From NCBI GenBank assembly GCA_964643955.1, contig CAZXUO010000002.1, positions 44,691-108,690 on the forward strand: a stretch of DNA of 64,000 nt, in the 5' to 3' direction. The notes under the pieces were generated by a model. The model ran no database searches. It worked only from the letters and a program-made list of their open reading frames with translations, and had not been told where the DNA came from. Below are positions 10,421 to 19,826 of the stretch, piece by piece. Position 1 is the stretch's first letter. Each line of letters opens with the position of its first letter. The stretch comes from an uncultured Candidatus Saccharibacteria bacterium. GTDB lineage: Bacteria > Patescibacteriota > Minisyncoccia > Phycocordibacterales > UBA918. The position numbers and the translations under genes were made by a program.

Positions 10421-11170
10421 ATGCGTTTAGATATCGTTTTACGTACGCATGATGGAGGCGATGTGCATCCTGACACAGGAAGATTTTTATCAGTGCCAAA
10501 AAAAGAAATTGTAAAGAGAAGTGTGCGATCGCTCCATGAGTCATCAAAATTAGCGGCAGGAACAGATATCACTTTTCATATCATTGATGATCATTCGTCG
10601 AGCGAGACGGTTGATTTTCTAAATACCATTATTGAAGTAGAGCCGCTTTCCGGGACGGGCAACAATGCTTCATGGCTTCGTGCATTTGAACGTGCGCGGG
10701 ATAGCGAAGCTGATGCCGTGTATCTTGTTGAAGACGATTATCTTCATGCTCCTGAAGCACTCCGCGAAATGGTCTTTTTCTATCAGGATGCGCGCGAGAA
10801 AAGCAGAGGAAGGGAGATGGTGCTCTGTCCGTATGATGATTTTTTCAACTATGTACACGGACCTGATAAAACGGGATACGTCGTACCGGGACGTGAGCGG
10901 CACTGGCGCACAAATACATATACCGCTGGGACGTTTTTTATTTCTCCGAAGATTGTGCGTGAACATTGGGAAAAATTTGAGCGGCTTGCAACGCTCTATG
11001 AGACGCCGCAGGGTAAAGCTGAAAAAGTACATGAAGAGACGACGCTTGCGCGTATCTGGATGGAAGGATATGCAACACTCTTCACACCGTTACCATCGCT
11101 TGCGGTCCATCTCAATCAAAATATCCCGCCGCTTTTTGATTGGAAGACGTTGTGGGAGAAGTATGCTTGA
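10421..11170 (+). CDS. Glycosyltransferase, GT-A fold (GT2-like), DxD motif VEDDY
   Basis: The core (HWRTNTYTAGTFF..) is homologous to the N-terminal domain of the 23727..25145 gene. The track start at 10364 is non-ATG and overlaps the upstream gene, so it is trimmed to the ATG at 10421. Confidence 0.6.
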   Translation: MRLDIVLRTHDGGDVHPDTGRFLSVPKKEIVKRSVRSLHESSKLAAGTDITFHIIDDHSSSETVDFLNTIIEVEPLSGTGNNASWLRAFERARDSEADAVYLVEDDYLHAPEALREMVFFYQDAREKSRGREMVLCPYDDFFNYVHGPDKTGYVVPGRERHWRTNTYTAGTFFISPKIVREHWEKFERLATLYETPQGKAEKVHEETTLARIWMEGYATLFTPLPSLAVHLNQNIPPLFDWKTLWEKYA

Positions 11171-11179
11171 ATAGGGCGC

Positions 11180-11860
11180 ATGAAGACGCTCGTCCTCGCG
11201 ATCGCGATCGGAGACTACTACCAGAAGATGGGAGAAATAACGCACCCACTTATGCGCGCATATGCAGAGCGCGTCAGCGCTGATTTTATGGTGATTACGG
11301 AGAAGAAAATCTCACAGACATCGGCGCATTGGGAGAAGTTTCAGATACATGACTTGCTTGATACGTATGATCGAATTCTTTTTCTCGATACGGATATTAT
11401 TGTGCGCGGCGATTGTCCAAACCTTTTTGAGGCCGTACCGGATGATGCATTTGGTGCATTTGATGAATCACGCTATTACACCGATGCGTGCGAGCGTATG
11501 GAGCTCACGGCGCGGGAGTATGAGATGGAGGTGATGGAAGCATGGGATGGTCGATATTTTAATACGGGCGTGATGGTGATCTCGCGCGCGCATCAAAAAG
11601 TATTCCAAAAGCCGCCGCGAGAATTTGATAATTTTTATGAGCAGACCTACCTCAATCTTGTGTTTGTGCGAGAAGGTGTACGTATGTTCCCGCTCGATTT
11701 TCGTTTCAATAGAATGCATCCAATGAACGCACACACCGGTGAACCGCGTCTTTCTTCATATATTGTGCATTACGCGGGATATACTGCCGAGGAGCCTGAG
11801 ATGGTGTTTGATTATATTCGGGAGGATATAGAGCGCTGGATGAAGCGGGGCGTGCTCTAG
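11180..11860 (+). CDS. Nucleotide-sugar glycosyltransferase, GT-A fold (GT8/GT32-like), DTD motif
   Basis: LFLDTDIIV DxD motif with a Rossmann-like N-terminus. Confidence 0.5.
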   Translation: MKTLVLAIAIGDYYQKMGEITHPLMRAYAERVSADFMVITEKKISQTSAHWEKFQIHDLLDTYDRILFLDTDIIVRGDCPNLFEAVPDDAFGAFDESRYYTDACERMELTAREYEMEVMEAWDGRYFNTGVMVISRAHQKVFQKPPREFDNFYEQTYLNLVFVREGVRMFPLDFRFNRMHPMNAHTGEPRLSSYIVHYAGYTAEEPEMVFDYIREDIERWMKRGVL

Positions 11861-11907
11861 GCGGGCTGGTGGTCGGGTAGAATAGAAACCGGTATAATGC
11901 TCCCGCT

Positions 11908-13836
11908 ATGCAGAAAGACCTTCTTGACCAGCAGCTCGACGCGAATCTTCATGGAAATTTTGAAGAGGGATGGCGCATTGCACAAATTCTTGAGCATGAA
12001 CGGCCCAATGATAACCGAGCGGCATTTAATCGCGGCTGGCATTATCTTTCGCGTGGTGATTTGCAAAAAGGAATGGATCTCATGGATCGGGGGCGATATG
12101 AGGGTGTCTTTGGATCGCCGCCACTTAAGACGGAGAAGCCTATTTGGGATGGAAAAGTATCACTTGTTGGGAAGACGTTGCTGCTCCGTGGAGAGGGAGG
12201 ATTTGGTGACGAGATCATTCATGCGCGTTTTGCGAAGGGTTTTGCGGAGCGCGGAGCGCGGGTGATACTTGCGTGTTCTCCTGAACTTGCGTCGCTCTTA
12301 TCGCGCGTCGAGGGTGTGTCTGAGGTGGTATCGCGCGCGGTGCCGGAACATCTTCTTTTTGATTATTGGGTTCCGGCGATGAGTGCAGCACGTATTCTTG
12401 GTTATACTTTCGAGACGCTCCCGAATGCCCCCTATATTTTTGCGAAAGAAGAAAAGGTGCGTGAACATGCGCTTGCGGGTATTCATAAAGTAGGTATCCG
12501 CTGGTCAGGGAATCCGCGCTTTGAACACGAACAGCACCGACGTTTTCCTGCGGAGCCTTTGTTTGAACTACGACACGGGAAAGATGTGACGCTCTACTCG
12601 CTTCAGCGTGATCACGATCTTCGCGATGTGCCCGAAGGTATCATTGATCTCGAAAAAAAGATGGCGACGTGGGAGGACACGGCGGGTGTGATTGCGAATC
12701 TCGATCTCGTCATCACGTCGTGCACCTCGATCGCGCATCTTGCTGCTGCGATGGGAAAAGAAACGTGGGTCATTACGCCGGTGCTCCCGTACTATATTTG
12801 GGCACAGCCGGGTGAGCGGAGTGCGTGGTATAAGACTGTGCATCTCTTCAGGCAAGAAAGGTTTGGCGATTGGGAAGCGCCGCTTGTTGCAGTTGCGCGT
12901 GCATTTGAAGCACGCTTCGGAGTTGTGTTGCCAACTGAGCGTGAACACGTCCATACTGTTTCTCCTGCTGAATCGTCGCATGGACTCGTCGGCTCATCGG
13001 AAGAAAACGTCGTGCGTCCGCGTGCGCGTGTATCGGAACAGAAAAAGACGATTCATTTTGTATCAGGACTCCCGCGCTCTGGTTCGACGATGTTGATCTC
13101 TCTTCTTTCTCAAAATCCGCGCATACATGGTGCACCGATTTCAGGACTTGCAGGTATTTTTACCGGCATTTACGCAAATTGGGATAAAAATGAATTTCAT
13201 GTTGAGAGCCCCAATGAGACAGCAAAGCGTGCGGTGCTCGCTTCAGTACTCGACGCATATTATGCGCATATTGATAAGCTGATCATCCTTGATAAGGATC
13301 GGTCGTGGGTGTCGCGGATTGCGCTTCTTGAGGATATTTTAGAGCGCGAGGTGAAGATTATTTTACCGGTGCGACCGATCATCGAGATCCTTGCATCATT
13401 TGAGACATTGCGACTCAAGAACCCAACTGATCTTACGGGTGCAGATGAGGCGCTCGGACCGACTTCGACGATTCCGGGACGCGCTGAATATTTTATGAGT
13501 CCGAGCGGAACAATTGGTTTACCTTTCCATTCGATGAAAGATGCGGTGACGACGGGATACCTCGATCGACTTTTGTTTGTTGATTACAACAAACTCATGT
13601 CTGCGCCAAAAGCACAGCTCAAACGCATCTACGAGTTTCTTGAAGAGCCGTCATTTGAACACGATTTTCAAAATATCACTCGGCCTGGTGAGAGTAATCC
13701 AAAAATACATAAATTTCCTGGGCTTCATGACGTACGGCCGAAGTTTGAACGTATCTCCCGCAATCCGCGCTCGCTGCTTGGTGATGATGTGATCGATCGC
13801 TATGGGCAGCCGGATCCGTGGGCGCAGTGGACGTAA
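11908..13836 (+). CDS. Fusion protein: N-terminal GT9 (heptosyltransferase-family) glycosyltransferase domain plus C-terminal sulfotransferase (Sulfotransfer_3-like) domain
   Basis: GT9 signatures LLLRGEGGFGDEIIH and ITSCTSIAHLAAAMGKETWVITPV. Sulfotransferase 5'-PSB-like GLPRSGSTML plus a downstream VRPIIEILAS motif. Confidence 0.6.
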   Translation: MQKDLLDQQLDANLHGNFEEGWRIAQILEHERPNDNRAAFNRGWHYLSRGDLQKGMDLMDRGRYEGVFGSPPLKTEKPIWDGKVSLVGKTLLLRGEGGFGDEIIHARFAKGFAERGARVILACSPELASLLSRVEGVSEVVSRAVPEHLLFDYWVPAMSAARILGYTFETLPNAPYIFAKEEKVREHALAGIHKVGIRWSGNPRFEHEQHRRFPAEPLFELRHGKDVTLYSLQRDHDLRDVPEGIIDLEKKMATWEDTAGVIANLDLVITSCTSIAHLAAAMGKETWVITPVLPYYIWAQPGERSAWYKTVHLFRQERFGDWEAPLVAVARAFEARFGVVLPTEREHVHTVSPAESSHGLVGSSEENVVRPRARVSEQKKTIHFVSGLPRSGSTMLISLLSQNPRIHGAPISGLAGIFTGIYANWDKNEFHVESPNETAKRAVLASVLDAYYAHIDKLIILDKDRSWVSRIALLEDILEREVKIILPVRPIIEILASFETLRLKNPTDLTGADEALGPTSTIPGRAEYFMSPSGTIGLPFHSMKDAVTTGYLDRLLFVDYNKLMSAPKAQLKRIYEFLEEPSFEHDFQNITRPGESNPKIHKFPGLHDVRPKFERISRNPRSLLGDDVIDRYGQPDPWAQWT

Positions 13837-13845
13837 GTTCGTCCC

Positions 13846-13880
13846 CACGCCGCGACGCCAAAGGTGTTGCGGCGTTTTGC
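13846..13880 (+). terminator. Possible intrinsic terminator after the GT9-sulfotransferase gene
   Basis: cgccgc..gcggcg stem followed by TTTT. Confidence 0.35.
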
Positions 13881-13901
13881 TACCTGCTATAATTCCTCCA
13901 T

Positions 13902-15029
13902 ATGACGCTTGCGCGGCGAGTAATGATGGTGCTGAGAGAGGCGGCTGCGGTGCTCGATCCTGCACTTTGGTCGTGGGGGATGGGTAGCGTAGGTTCTTTG
14001 GGCGATGGTTCTACCACCAATCGTTCCTCTCCCGTCCAGGTTGGGACGTTGTCTGATTGGGTTATTCTTTCTTCAGGTGGAAGGAATTCATCAGAGGGAT
14101 GGAATCAGGCAATAAAATCAAACGGCACCCTCTGGGCATGGGGTGCCGGCCCTTTGGGTAATCTTGGGTTGGGTGACACGAATAATCGTTCCTCTCCCGT
14201 CCAGGTTGGTTCACTCACAACATGGAAGAGCGTTTCTGCGGGGGCTGCCCACTCATTTGGTATTCAAAGTAACGGCACCCTCTGGGCATGGGGCCTAAAT
14301 TCTACCGGCCAATTAGGTCAAATAAGTAACAATACTAATAGATCCTCTCCTGTTCAGATTGGTTCTTTAACAACATGGACTGCAGTTGCTGCAGGTGCGG
14401 CACACGGAGTTGCACTCCAATCAAATGGCACTCTTTGGACGTGGGGTCGTAATAATGAAGGTGAGCTTGGGCAAATTAGTAATACGACCAATCGTTCCTC
14501 TCCTGTCCAAGTTGGTTCACTTACTACATGGACTGCAGTTGCGGCTGCGTACACTCATTGCTTAGCTCTCCAATCAAATGGCACTCTTTGGACGTGGGGT
14601 GACAATAGGAACGGTCGTCTTGCGGACGGCTCTACCACCAATCGTTCCTCTCCCGTCCAAGTTGGTTCACTAACAACATGGTCAGGACTTGGACTAGGGA
14701 GCTCTCTCTATCATTCCGTTGCTCTCCAATCAAATGGCACTCTTTGGACGTGGGGGACGGGGTCTTCTGGTCGTCTCGGTGACGGCGCAGCCTCCAACCG
14801 CTCCTCTCCCGTCCAAGTTGGTAGTCTAACAAGTTGGGTTATGGCTTCGGGAGGTGTGCAAATGAGTGCTGTCAGGGCAGATGGGACTATTTGGACGTGG
14901 GGTCCAAACGGAACGGGGGCTTTAGGCGATGGCTCAACCATCGACCGCTCCTCTCCCGTCCAAGTTGGTAGTCTGACTAGCTGGACAAATACTTCCACGA
15001 GCGGTACCCACACACTCGGACTACGGTAG
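13902..15029 (+). CDS. RCC1-repeat protein paralogue (no N-terminal domain)
   Basis: Eight RSSPVQVGSLT.W repeats. Upstream TGCTATAAT extended -10. Confidence 0.75.
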   Translation: MTLARRVMMVLREAAAVLDPALWSWGMGSVGSLGDGSTTNRSSPVQVGTLSDWVILSSGGRNSSEGWNQAIKSNGTLWAWGAGPLGNLGLGDTNNRSSPVQVGSLTTWKSVSAGAAHSFGIQSNGTLWAWGLNSTGQLGQISNNTNRSSPVQIGSLTTWTAVAAGAAHGVALQSNGTLWTWGRNNEGELGQISNTTNRSSPVQVGSLTTWTAVAAAYTHCLALQSNGTLWTWGDNRNGRLADGSTTNRSSPVQVGSLTTWSGLGLGSSLYHSVALQSNGTLWTWGTGSSGRLGDGAASNRSSPVQVGSLTSWVMASGGVQMSAVRADGTIWTWGPNGTGALGDGSTIDRSSPVQVGSLTSWTNTSTSGTHTLGLR

Positions 15030-15082
15030 TTTGTGGATTCTCATCAACGTCTCTAGACCGGAGAAAGGTATACTATATATAC

Positions 15083-16126
15083 ATGCAGCCAGAGCAGAAA
15101 AAAGGTTTTTTGAATTTTCTCTTCTATAACAACGCAGTTCCGATCGTATTTACGATTTTCTTTTTGAGTGTGGGTGCCGCTGCTGCGTCAACCGACGTGG
15201 TGCAAGAGGCGGTGATACAAGAAACAGAGACGGTGCAGTCGATTGATAATGAATACATCAGATTTATTGATCTTGACACATTTAAGATTTACCTCGTCAT
15301 CGGTTCGATTGTTGAAGACGAGTATACGTATCTGGTGAAGTATTCGTATAATTCCATCGGCATTGAGGATTACGTATGGAAGCCGATCACCGCGGTGAAG
15401 ACGCTCTCAGTTTCAAAAGAAGCACTCGGGGATCGCGACCTTGGCCTCTATGTCGCCGAACAACTTGGTCAGGTGGTTGATTTTGAAATGCAGTATCTTC
15501 GCGATGCACAAAAGGTAGAGCGCGAGCTCGGCGCATCTAAAAAGGTGGTCGTAAAAGAATACGCAGGACTTATCGGAAAGATGTTTGATGCAGAGGCGCA
15601 AGTATTTACGGGATACGAACCGGTGATTGAAGAAAAAGTTGAGGCTGTTCTTGATCCACAAGTGACTGCCGGTGGTATTGGCTCAACGTCGCTCGGCGAA
15701 GCTGATCGTATTGCACTCGCGGAAGAACAGCGTCGCATAGACGCAGAGCGTCACGAAGCATGGCTCAAAGAACAAGAAAAGATTCGTGAAGAGGCAGAGC
15801 AGCGTCCTCCGGTAGAAGAACAGGTGCGCGATATTCTCGAGGGTCAAGAAGAAGATCCGACTGAAGGAGAGACTGGTACTTCAACAAGCACGACAACTCC
15901 ACCAGAAGATGATGAGCCTGATACCTCAACGACAACTCCTGATGGTGGAGGCGGGGGAACTCCCGAACCGGAACCAGAGCCAACACCTGAGCCAGAGCCG
16001 ACACCCGAACCTCCTGTAGAAGAACCGGAACCGGAACCAACTCCCGAGCCTGAACCAGAGCCGGAAGAAACTTCTGAAGAGCCAGTCGAGGAACCAGCAC
16101 CAGAAACTGAAACTCCTGCTGTGTAA
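15083..16126 (+). CDS. Membrane-anchored protein with acidic coiled region and C-terminal (TPEPEP)n low-complexity tail
   Basis: N-terminal TM helix and a Pro/Glu/Thr-rich repeat. Not a reverse-strand artefact, because an RBS (GGAGAAAGG) precedes it. Confidence 0.5.
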   Translation: MQPEQKKGFLNFLFYNNAVPIVFTIFFLSVGAAAASTDVVQEAVIQETETVQSIDNEYIRFIDLDTFKIYLVIGSIVEDEYTYLVKYSYNSIGIEDYVWKPITAVKTLSVSKEALGDRDLGLYVAEQLGQVVDFEMQYLRDAQKVERELGASKKVVVKEYAGLIGKMFDAEAQVFTGYEPVIEEKVEAVLDPQVTAGGIGSTSLGEADRIALAEEQRRIDAERHEAWLKEQEKIREEAEQRPPVEEQVRDILEGQEEDPTEGETGTSTSTTTPPEDDEPDTSTTTPDGGGGGTPEPEPEPTPEPEPTPEPPVEEPEPEPTPEPEPEPEETSEEPVEEPAPETETPAV

Positions 16127-16145
16127 ATTGGGATAAGTGAACGGT

Positions 16146-16180
16146 ATAACGCACCTCGGTGCGTTATACTTTTTGTATGA
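16146..16180 (+). terminator. Intrinsic terminator overlapping the gap start
   Basis: ggtataacgcacc-tcg-ggtgcgttatac hairpin followed by TTTTTG. Confidence 0.5.
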
Positions 16181-17202
16181 GAAAAACGCGTGTTGCTATT
16201 AATGGTTTTGGACGTATTGGCCGAACGTTCTTTCGTATGGTCGAAGGTCGTGACGACATGGAGATTGTTGCGATCAATGATTTAGGAAATCTTGAGAACC
16301 TTGCATATCTTTTGAAATACGATACGTCCTATGGCCGAAGTCAGTTTCCGGTCGAGGTCGCTGATGGTCATTTGATGGTTTCTGGCCGCGAGATCAAGTT
16401 TATGAGCGAGAAGGATCCGCTGGTGCTGCCATGGAAGGATCTTGATATTGATATCGTCGTTGAATCGACGGGAGTATTCACAAGCTACGAGAAAGCAAAA
16501 GTGCACCGCGATGCAGGCGCGAAGCGCGTCGTCATCACCGCGCCGGTAAAAGATGAAGCAGGCGAAGGCTGTAAGACAGTGCTCATGGGTGTAAATGATA
16601 GTGAGCTTGCGTCATGCCAGATCACCTCAAACGCTTCGTGTACGACCAACGCCGCAAGTCCACTTGTTGCTATTCTCGACGAGGCGGTTGGTATTGAGCG
16701 AGCGCTCCTCAATACCGTACATGCGTACACTGCGTCTCAGGCGATCGTTGACTCTCCGAGCAAAAAAGATTTTCGAGAGGGACGCGCTGCGGCAGCAAAT
16801 ATCATTCCGAGCTCGACAGGTGCTGCGATTGCCGTCACGAAAGCGTATCCATCACTTCAAGATAAATTTGATGGTATCTCTATTCGTGTACCGGTTGCAG
16901 TCGGCTCGATTGTCGACGTGACCTTTGTGTCAAAGCGACCGACGACTGCCGAAGAAATAAATACAGCACTTAAAAATGCTGCAGCATCAGAACGATGGCG
17001 CGGGATTTTTGCCGTGACCGAAGAACAGCTCGTTTCTTCCGACATCATCGGTGCACGTGTTGCGTCGATTGCTGATCTCTCATACACGCGCGTCGCCGAT
17101 GGTACGCTCATCAAGGTGCTCGCATGGTACGACAACGAGACGGGCTACACCGCAACACTCGTTGCGCACGTTGCTGCGCTCGCAAAGACCATAACTCCAT
17201 AG
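16177..17202 (+). CDS. gap: Glyceraldehyde-3-phosphate dehydrogenase
   Basis: RVAINGFGRIGR NAD-binding motif and the catalytic SNASCTTN motif. Confidence 0.9.
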   Translation: MRKTRVAINGFGRIGRTFFRMVEGRDDMEIVAINDLGNLENLAYLLKYDTSYGRSQFPVEVADGHLMVSGREIKFMSEKDPLVLPWKDLDIDIVVESTGVFTSYEKAKVHRDAGAKRVVITAPVKDEAGEGCKTVLMGVNDSELASCQITSNASCTTNAASPLVAILDEAVGIERALLNTVHAYTASQAIVDSPSKKDFREGRAAAANIIPSSTGAAIAVTKAYPSLQDKFDGISIRVPVAVGSIVDVTFVSKRPTTAEEINTALKNAAASERWRGIFAVTEEQLVSSDIIGARVASIADLSYTRVADGTLIKVLAWYDNETGYTATLVAHVAALAKTITP

Positions 17203-17205
17203 TCT

Positions 17206-17655
17206 ATGCGCATTGTTTTTGCATCAGATCATGCAGGATTTCCGCTCAAGGAAATTCTCGTGCCGTTTGTGAGAGACGAACTCGGTCATTCGGTGACTGA
17301 TGTCGGTGCATTTACACTTGATCCAGTCGATGATTACCCTGATTTTGTGATTGAGGCGGCACGTATGGTTGCTGAAGAACCGGACGATGTCCGCGGCATC
17401 ATTCTCGGTGGCTCAGGGCAAGGGGAGGCAATAGTTGCAAATCGTTACCCGGGAGTTCGCGCGGCAGTCTACTATGGTGGCGGCCCTGAGATACTCATGC
17501 TCTCGCGTGAACACAACAATGCGAATGTCCTCTCGCTTGGTGCGCGCTTTATTACTGAAGAAGAAGCAAAAGATGCAGTCCGGCTCTGGCTTGAGGCGCC
17601 TTTTTCATATGACGATCGACATGTGCGTCGTATTGAAAAAATTGATACTGAATAA
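17206..17655 (+). CDS. rpiB: Ribose-5-phosphate isomerase B (RpiB/LacAB family)
   Basis: MRIVFASDHAGF..ILGGSGQGEAI family signature. Confidence 0.85.
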   Translation: MRIVFASDHAGFPLKEILVPFVRDELGHSVTDVGAFTLDPVDDYPDFVIEAARMVAEEPDDVRGIILGGSGQGEAIVANRYPGVRAAVYYGGGPEILMLSREHNNANVLSLGARFITEEEAKDAVRLWLEAPFSYDDRHVRRIEKIDTE

Positions 17656-17660
17656 GTTTT

Positions 17661-18191
17661 ATGCAACCCACTGGTCGTCGCGCGTGGAGTAAACGAGTCC
17701 TTGAATATTTCGTCGTCGCTGCGCTTATCGTGTTGGCGACTGCGGTGTCACTCATGTTTTTTGGAGGCTCATTCGCTGATGCGCGCGATACGCGGCGTAT
17801 TGCTGATGTTGATGCATTACGAAAAGCCTTGCAACAGTACTACGCCGAACACGGCGATTATCCAAAAATGGATTGGGTCAATAGCAAAGATGATTCATGG
17901 GATGCGCTTGGCGCGAAGCTTGCACCGTACATAGAAGAGATGCCGCTCGATCCCAAGAATGAAACTGACGGCTCGGTAGAGCGTACCGGAGCGTTTAATT
18001 ACTCGTACTATAGTACAAGTAAGGCGAGCGCTATTGGTGGAAAAAAAGACTATGTCCTCGTCCTTCGCTTGGAGCATCCGGAGAGGGCGACGCTTGAAAG
18101 TGATGATTCGATCGACATAGAATCGTTCCAAAAGGCGCTCGGCGTGGTGATTCCCGATACTCGCGGTATACTTTTCTTACGAGCGCCCTAA
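17661..18191 (+). CDS. Type IV pilin/pseudopilin-like membrane protein with non-canonical N-terminus
   Basis: N-terminal hydrophobic helix followed by ARDTRRIADVDALRKALQQYY, typical of the pilin-like fold. It lacks the G/FTLIE prepilin cleavage motif. Confidence 0.4.
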   Translation: MQPTGRRAWSKRVLEYFVVAALIVLATAVSLMFFGGSFADARDTRRIADVDALRKALQQYYAEHGDYPKMDWVNSKDDSWDALGAKLAPYIEEMPLDPKNETDGSVERTGAFNYSYYSTSKASAIGGKKDYVLVLRLEHPERATLESDDSIDIESFQKALGVVIPDTRGILFLRAP

Positions 18192-18192
18192 T

Positions 18193-18870
18193 ATGCACCA
18201 CCAACGAATTATTCCCGCGATTATCCCGCAATCGCTCGAGCACATCACTAAAAGTGCATATACACTCAAAGATGTCGTATCTGAGGTTCAGATTGATATT
18301 GTCGATGGCGTATTTGTTTCAGAAAAAAGTTGGCCGTATCGTGAGGAGAATTCACATATTGAATCGCTCACGAATACGCTCCCAGAAGGTATGCGTCATG
18401 AGCTTGATCTCATGATCAGCGAGCCGCGTGACCGTATGTCACTGTGGCTCTCTACGGCGCCTACGCGAATCATCATTCATATTGAAAGTCTTCCGGATGA
18501 TGCTGCGGTGCTCGAAGCGGTATTGATGATACAGGAGGCAAAAGTTTCGGCAGTTCTCTCGGCACAAAACGACACTCCACTTGAGCGCATCCTTGCGCTT
18601 GGCGATCGCATCGACGGCGTGCAGTGTATGGGTATCAGTGAAATTGGGGTGCAGGGGAATCCATTTGATGAGCGCGTACTTGCGCGCATAAGAGAAATAC
18701 ATGCCGCACATCCTGAGCTTCCAATTAGTGTTGACGGAAGCGTGAGTGTGCATACACTCGATCGTCTCATTGAAGCGGGGGCAACACGATTTGCAGTAGG
18801 TTCTGCAATTTTTAATGCACCAGATCCTGTCGCTGCGTACTTGGATCTTGAATCGCGTGCACACGCGTAG
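18193..18870 (+). CDS. rpe: Ribulose-phosphate 3-epimerase-like TIM-barrel protein
   Basis: IIPAIIPQS..QIDIVDGVFV..LDLMI..MGISEIGVQGNPF..SVDGSV..FAVGSAIF aligns with the Rpe catalytic motifs. It sits in a pentose-phosphate gene context. Confidence 0.65.
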   Translation: MHHQRIIPAIIPQSLEHITKSAYTLKDVVSEVQIDIVDGVFVSEKSWPYREENSHIESLTNTLPEGMRHELDLMISEPRDRMSLWLSTAPTRIIIHIESLPDDAAVLEAVLMIQEAKVSAVLSAQNDTPLERILALGDRIDGVQCMGISEIGVQGNPFDERVLARIREIHAAHPELPISVDGSVSVHTLDRLIEAGATRFAVGSAIFNAPDPVAAYLDLESRAHA

Positions 18871-18927
18871 TGTTTCAACATCTCGTCGGTATCATGCGCG
18901 CGTACTCCGCGCTACAATGAGAACGTA

Positions 18928-19824
18928 ATGCGGTATCTTTCTGATGACGAAGTTTTGACGTTGGAGAAAAAGGCGAATGATATTCGTCAGAGCATTGTTG
19001 AGATGCTGATTGCTGCAGGAAGTGGCCATACTGCAGGCCCGCTCGATATGGCGGATGTGTTTACCCTCCTCTATTTTCACGTACTCAACCACAAGCCAGA
19101 AGATCCCTTCTGGCCGGAGCGTGATCGGCTCGTACTTTCAAATGGTCACATTGCGCCCGTTCTCTATGCGACGATGGCGCACGCCGGCTATTTTCCTGTC
19201 GAAGAACTCGTGACGTTGCGTAAGTTTGAATCGCGTCTCCAAGGGCATCCACACCGAGAAATGCTTCCGGGACTTGAGACAAGCTCAGGACCACTCGGAT
19301 CGGGACTCTCTCAATCGGTAGGTATGGCACTTGCGGAGCGTATGGATAATCCCTACTCGAATAAATATTTTTATTGTCTTACGGGCGATGGTGAGCTCAA
19401 TGAAGGACAGATGTGGGAAGCATTTATGCATGCAGGCAAAGAACAGCTCCACAATCTTATCGTGCTTGTTGATCGCAATGGTATTCAGATTGATGGATAT
19501 ACAAAAGATGTGATGCCGCTTGAGCCACTCGCAGAAAAATTTGCATCATTCAATTGGGATGTACAGGAAGTAGACGGTCACAATTTTCGTGCACTGAATG
19601 ATGCTATCGGGAAAGCGCAGGCAGTGTACAGCCAGCCGTCCATCATCATTGCGCATACGATTCCGTCAAAAGGCGTCGATGTCTTTGAGCGCGATTTCCG
19701 TTGGCATGGCAATCCTCCAGGGAAAGGCCCTGAAGATCGTGTCAAAAAAGACAAGCAGGGTGCGGAAGCACTACGTAAGCTCCGTACGCTCGCGGGTCAC
19801 ATAAAAGCAACTGACTGCTCATAA
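18928..19824 (+). CDS. tkt: Transketolase, N-terminal (TPP-binding) subunit of a split transketolase
   Basis: GSGHTAGPLDMADVF..SNGHIAPVLYA..GDGELNEGQMWEA motifs. Confidence 0.9.
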   Translation: MRYLSDDEVLTLEKKANDIRQSIVEMLIAAGSGHTAGPLDMADVFTLLYFHVLNHKPEDPFWPERDRLVLSNGHIAPVLYATMAHAGYFPVEELVTLRKFESRLQGHPHREMLPGLETSSGPLGSGLSQSVGMALAERMDNPYSNKYFYCLTGDGELNEGQMWEAFMHAGKEQLHNLIVLVDRNGIQIDGYTKDVMPLEPLAEKFASFNWDVQEVDGHNFRALNDAIGKAQAVYSQPSIIIAHTIPSKGVDVFERDFRWHGNPPGKGPEDRVKKDKQGAEALRKLRTLAGHIKATDCS

Positions 19825-19826
19825 GT

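Noticed and set aside
6545-15013. Many minus-strand ORFs with repeated HVVSEPTCTGEERL-like peptides (for example 6778-6975, 8860-9249, 14354-14554, 14711-15013)
   Set aside because: They are reverse-complement shadows of the RCC1 repeat units (RSSPVQVGSL..W) and inherit periodicity from the + strand genes. They have no RBS and are fully embedded.
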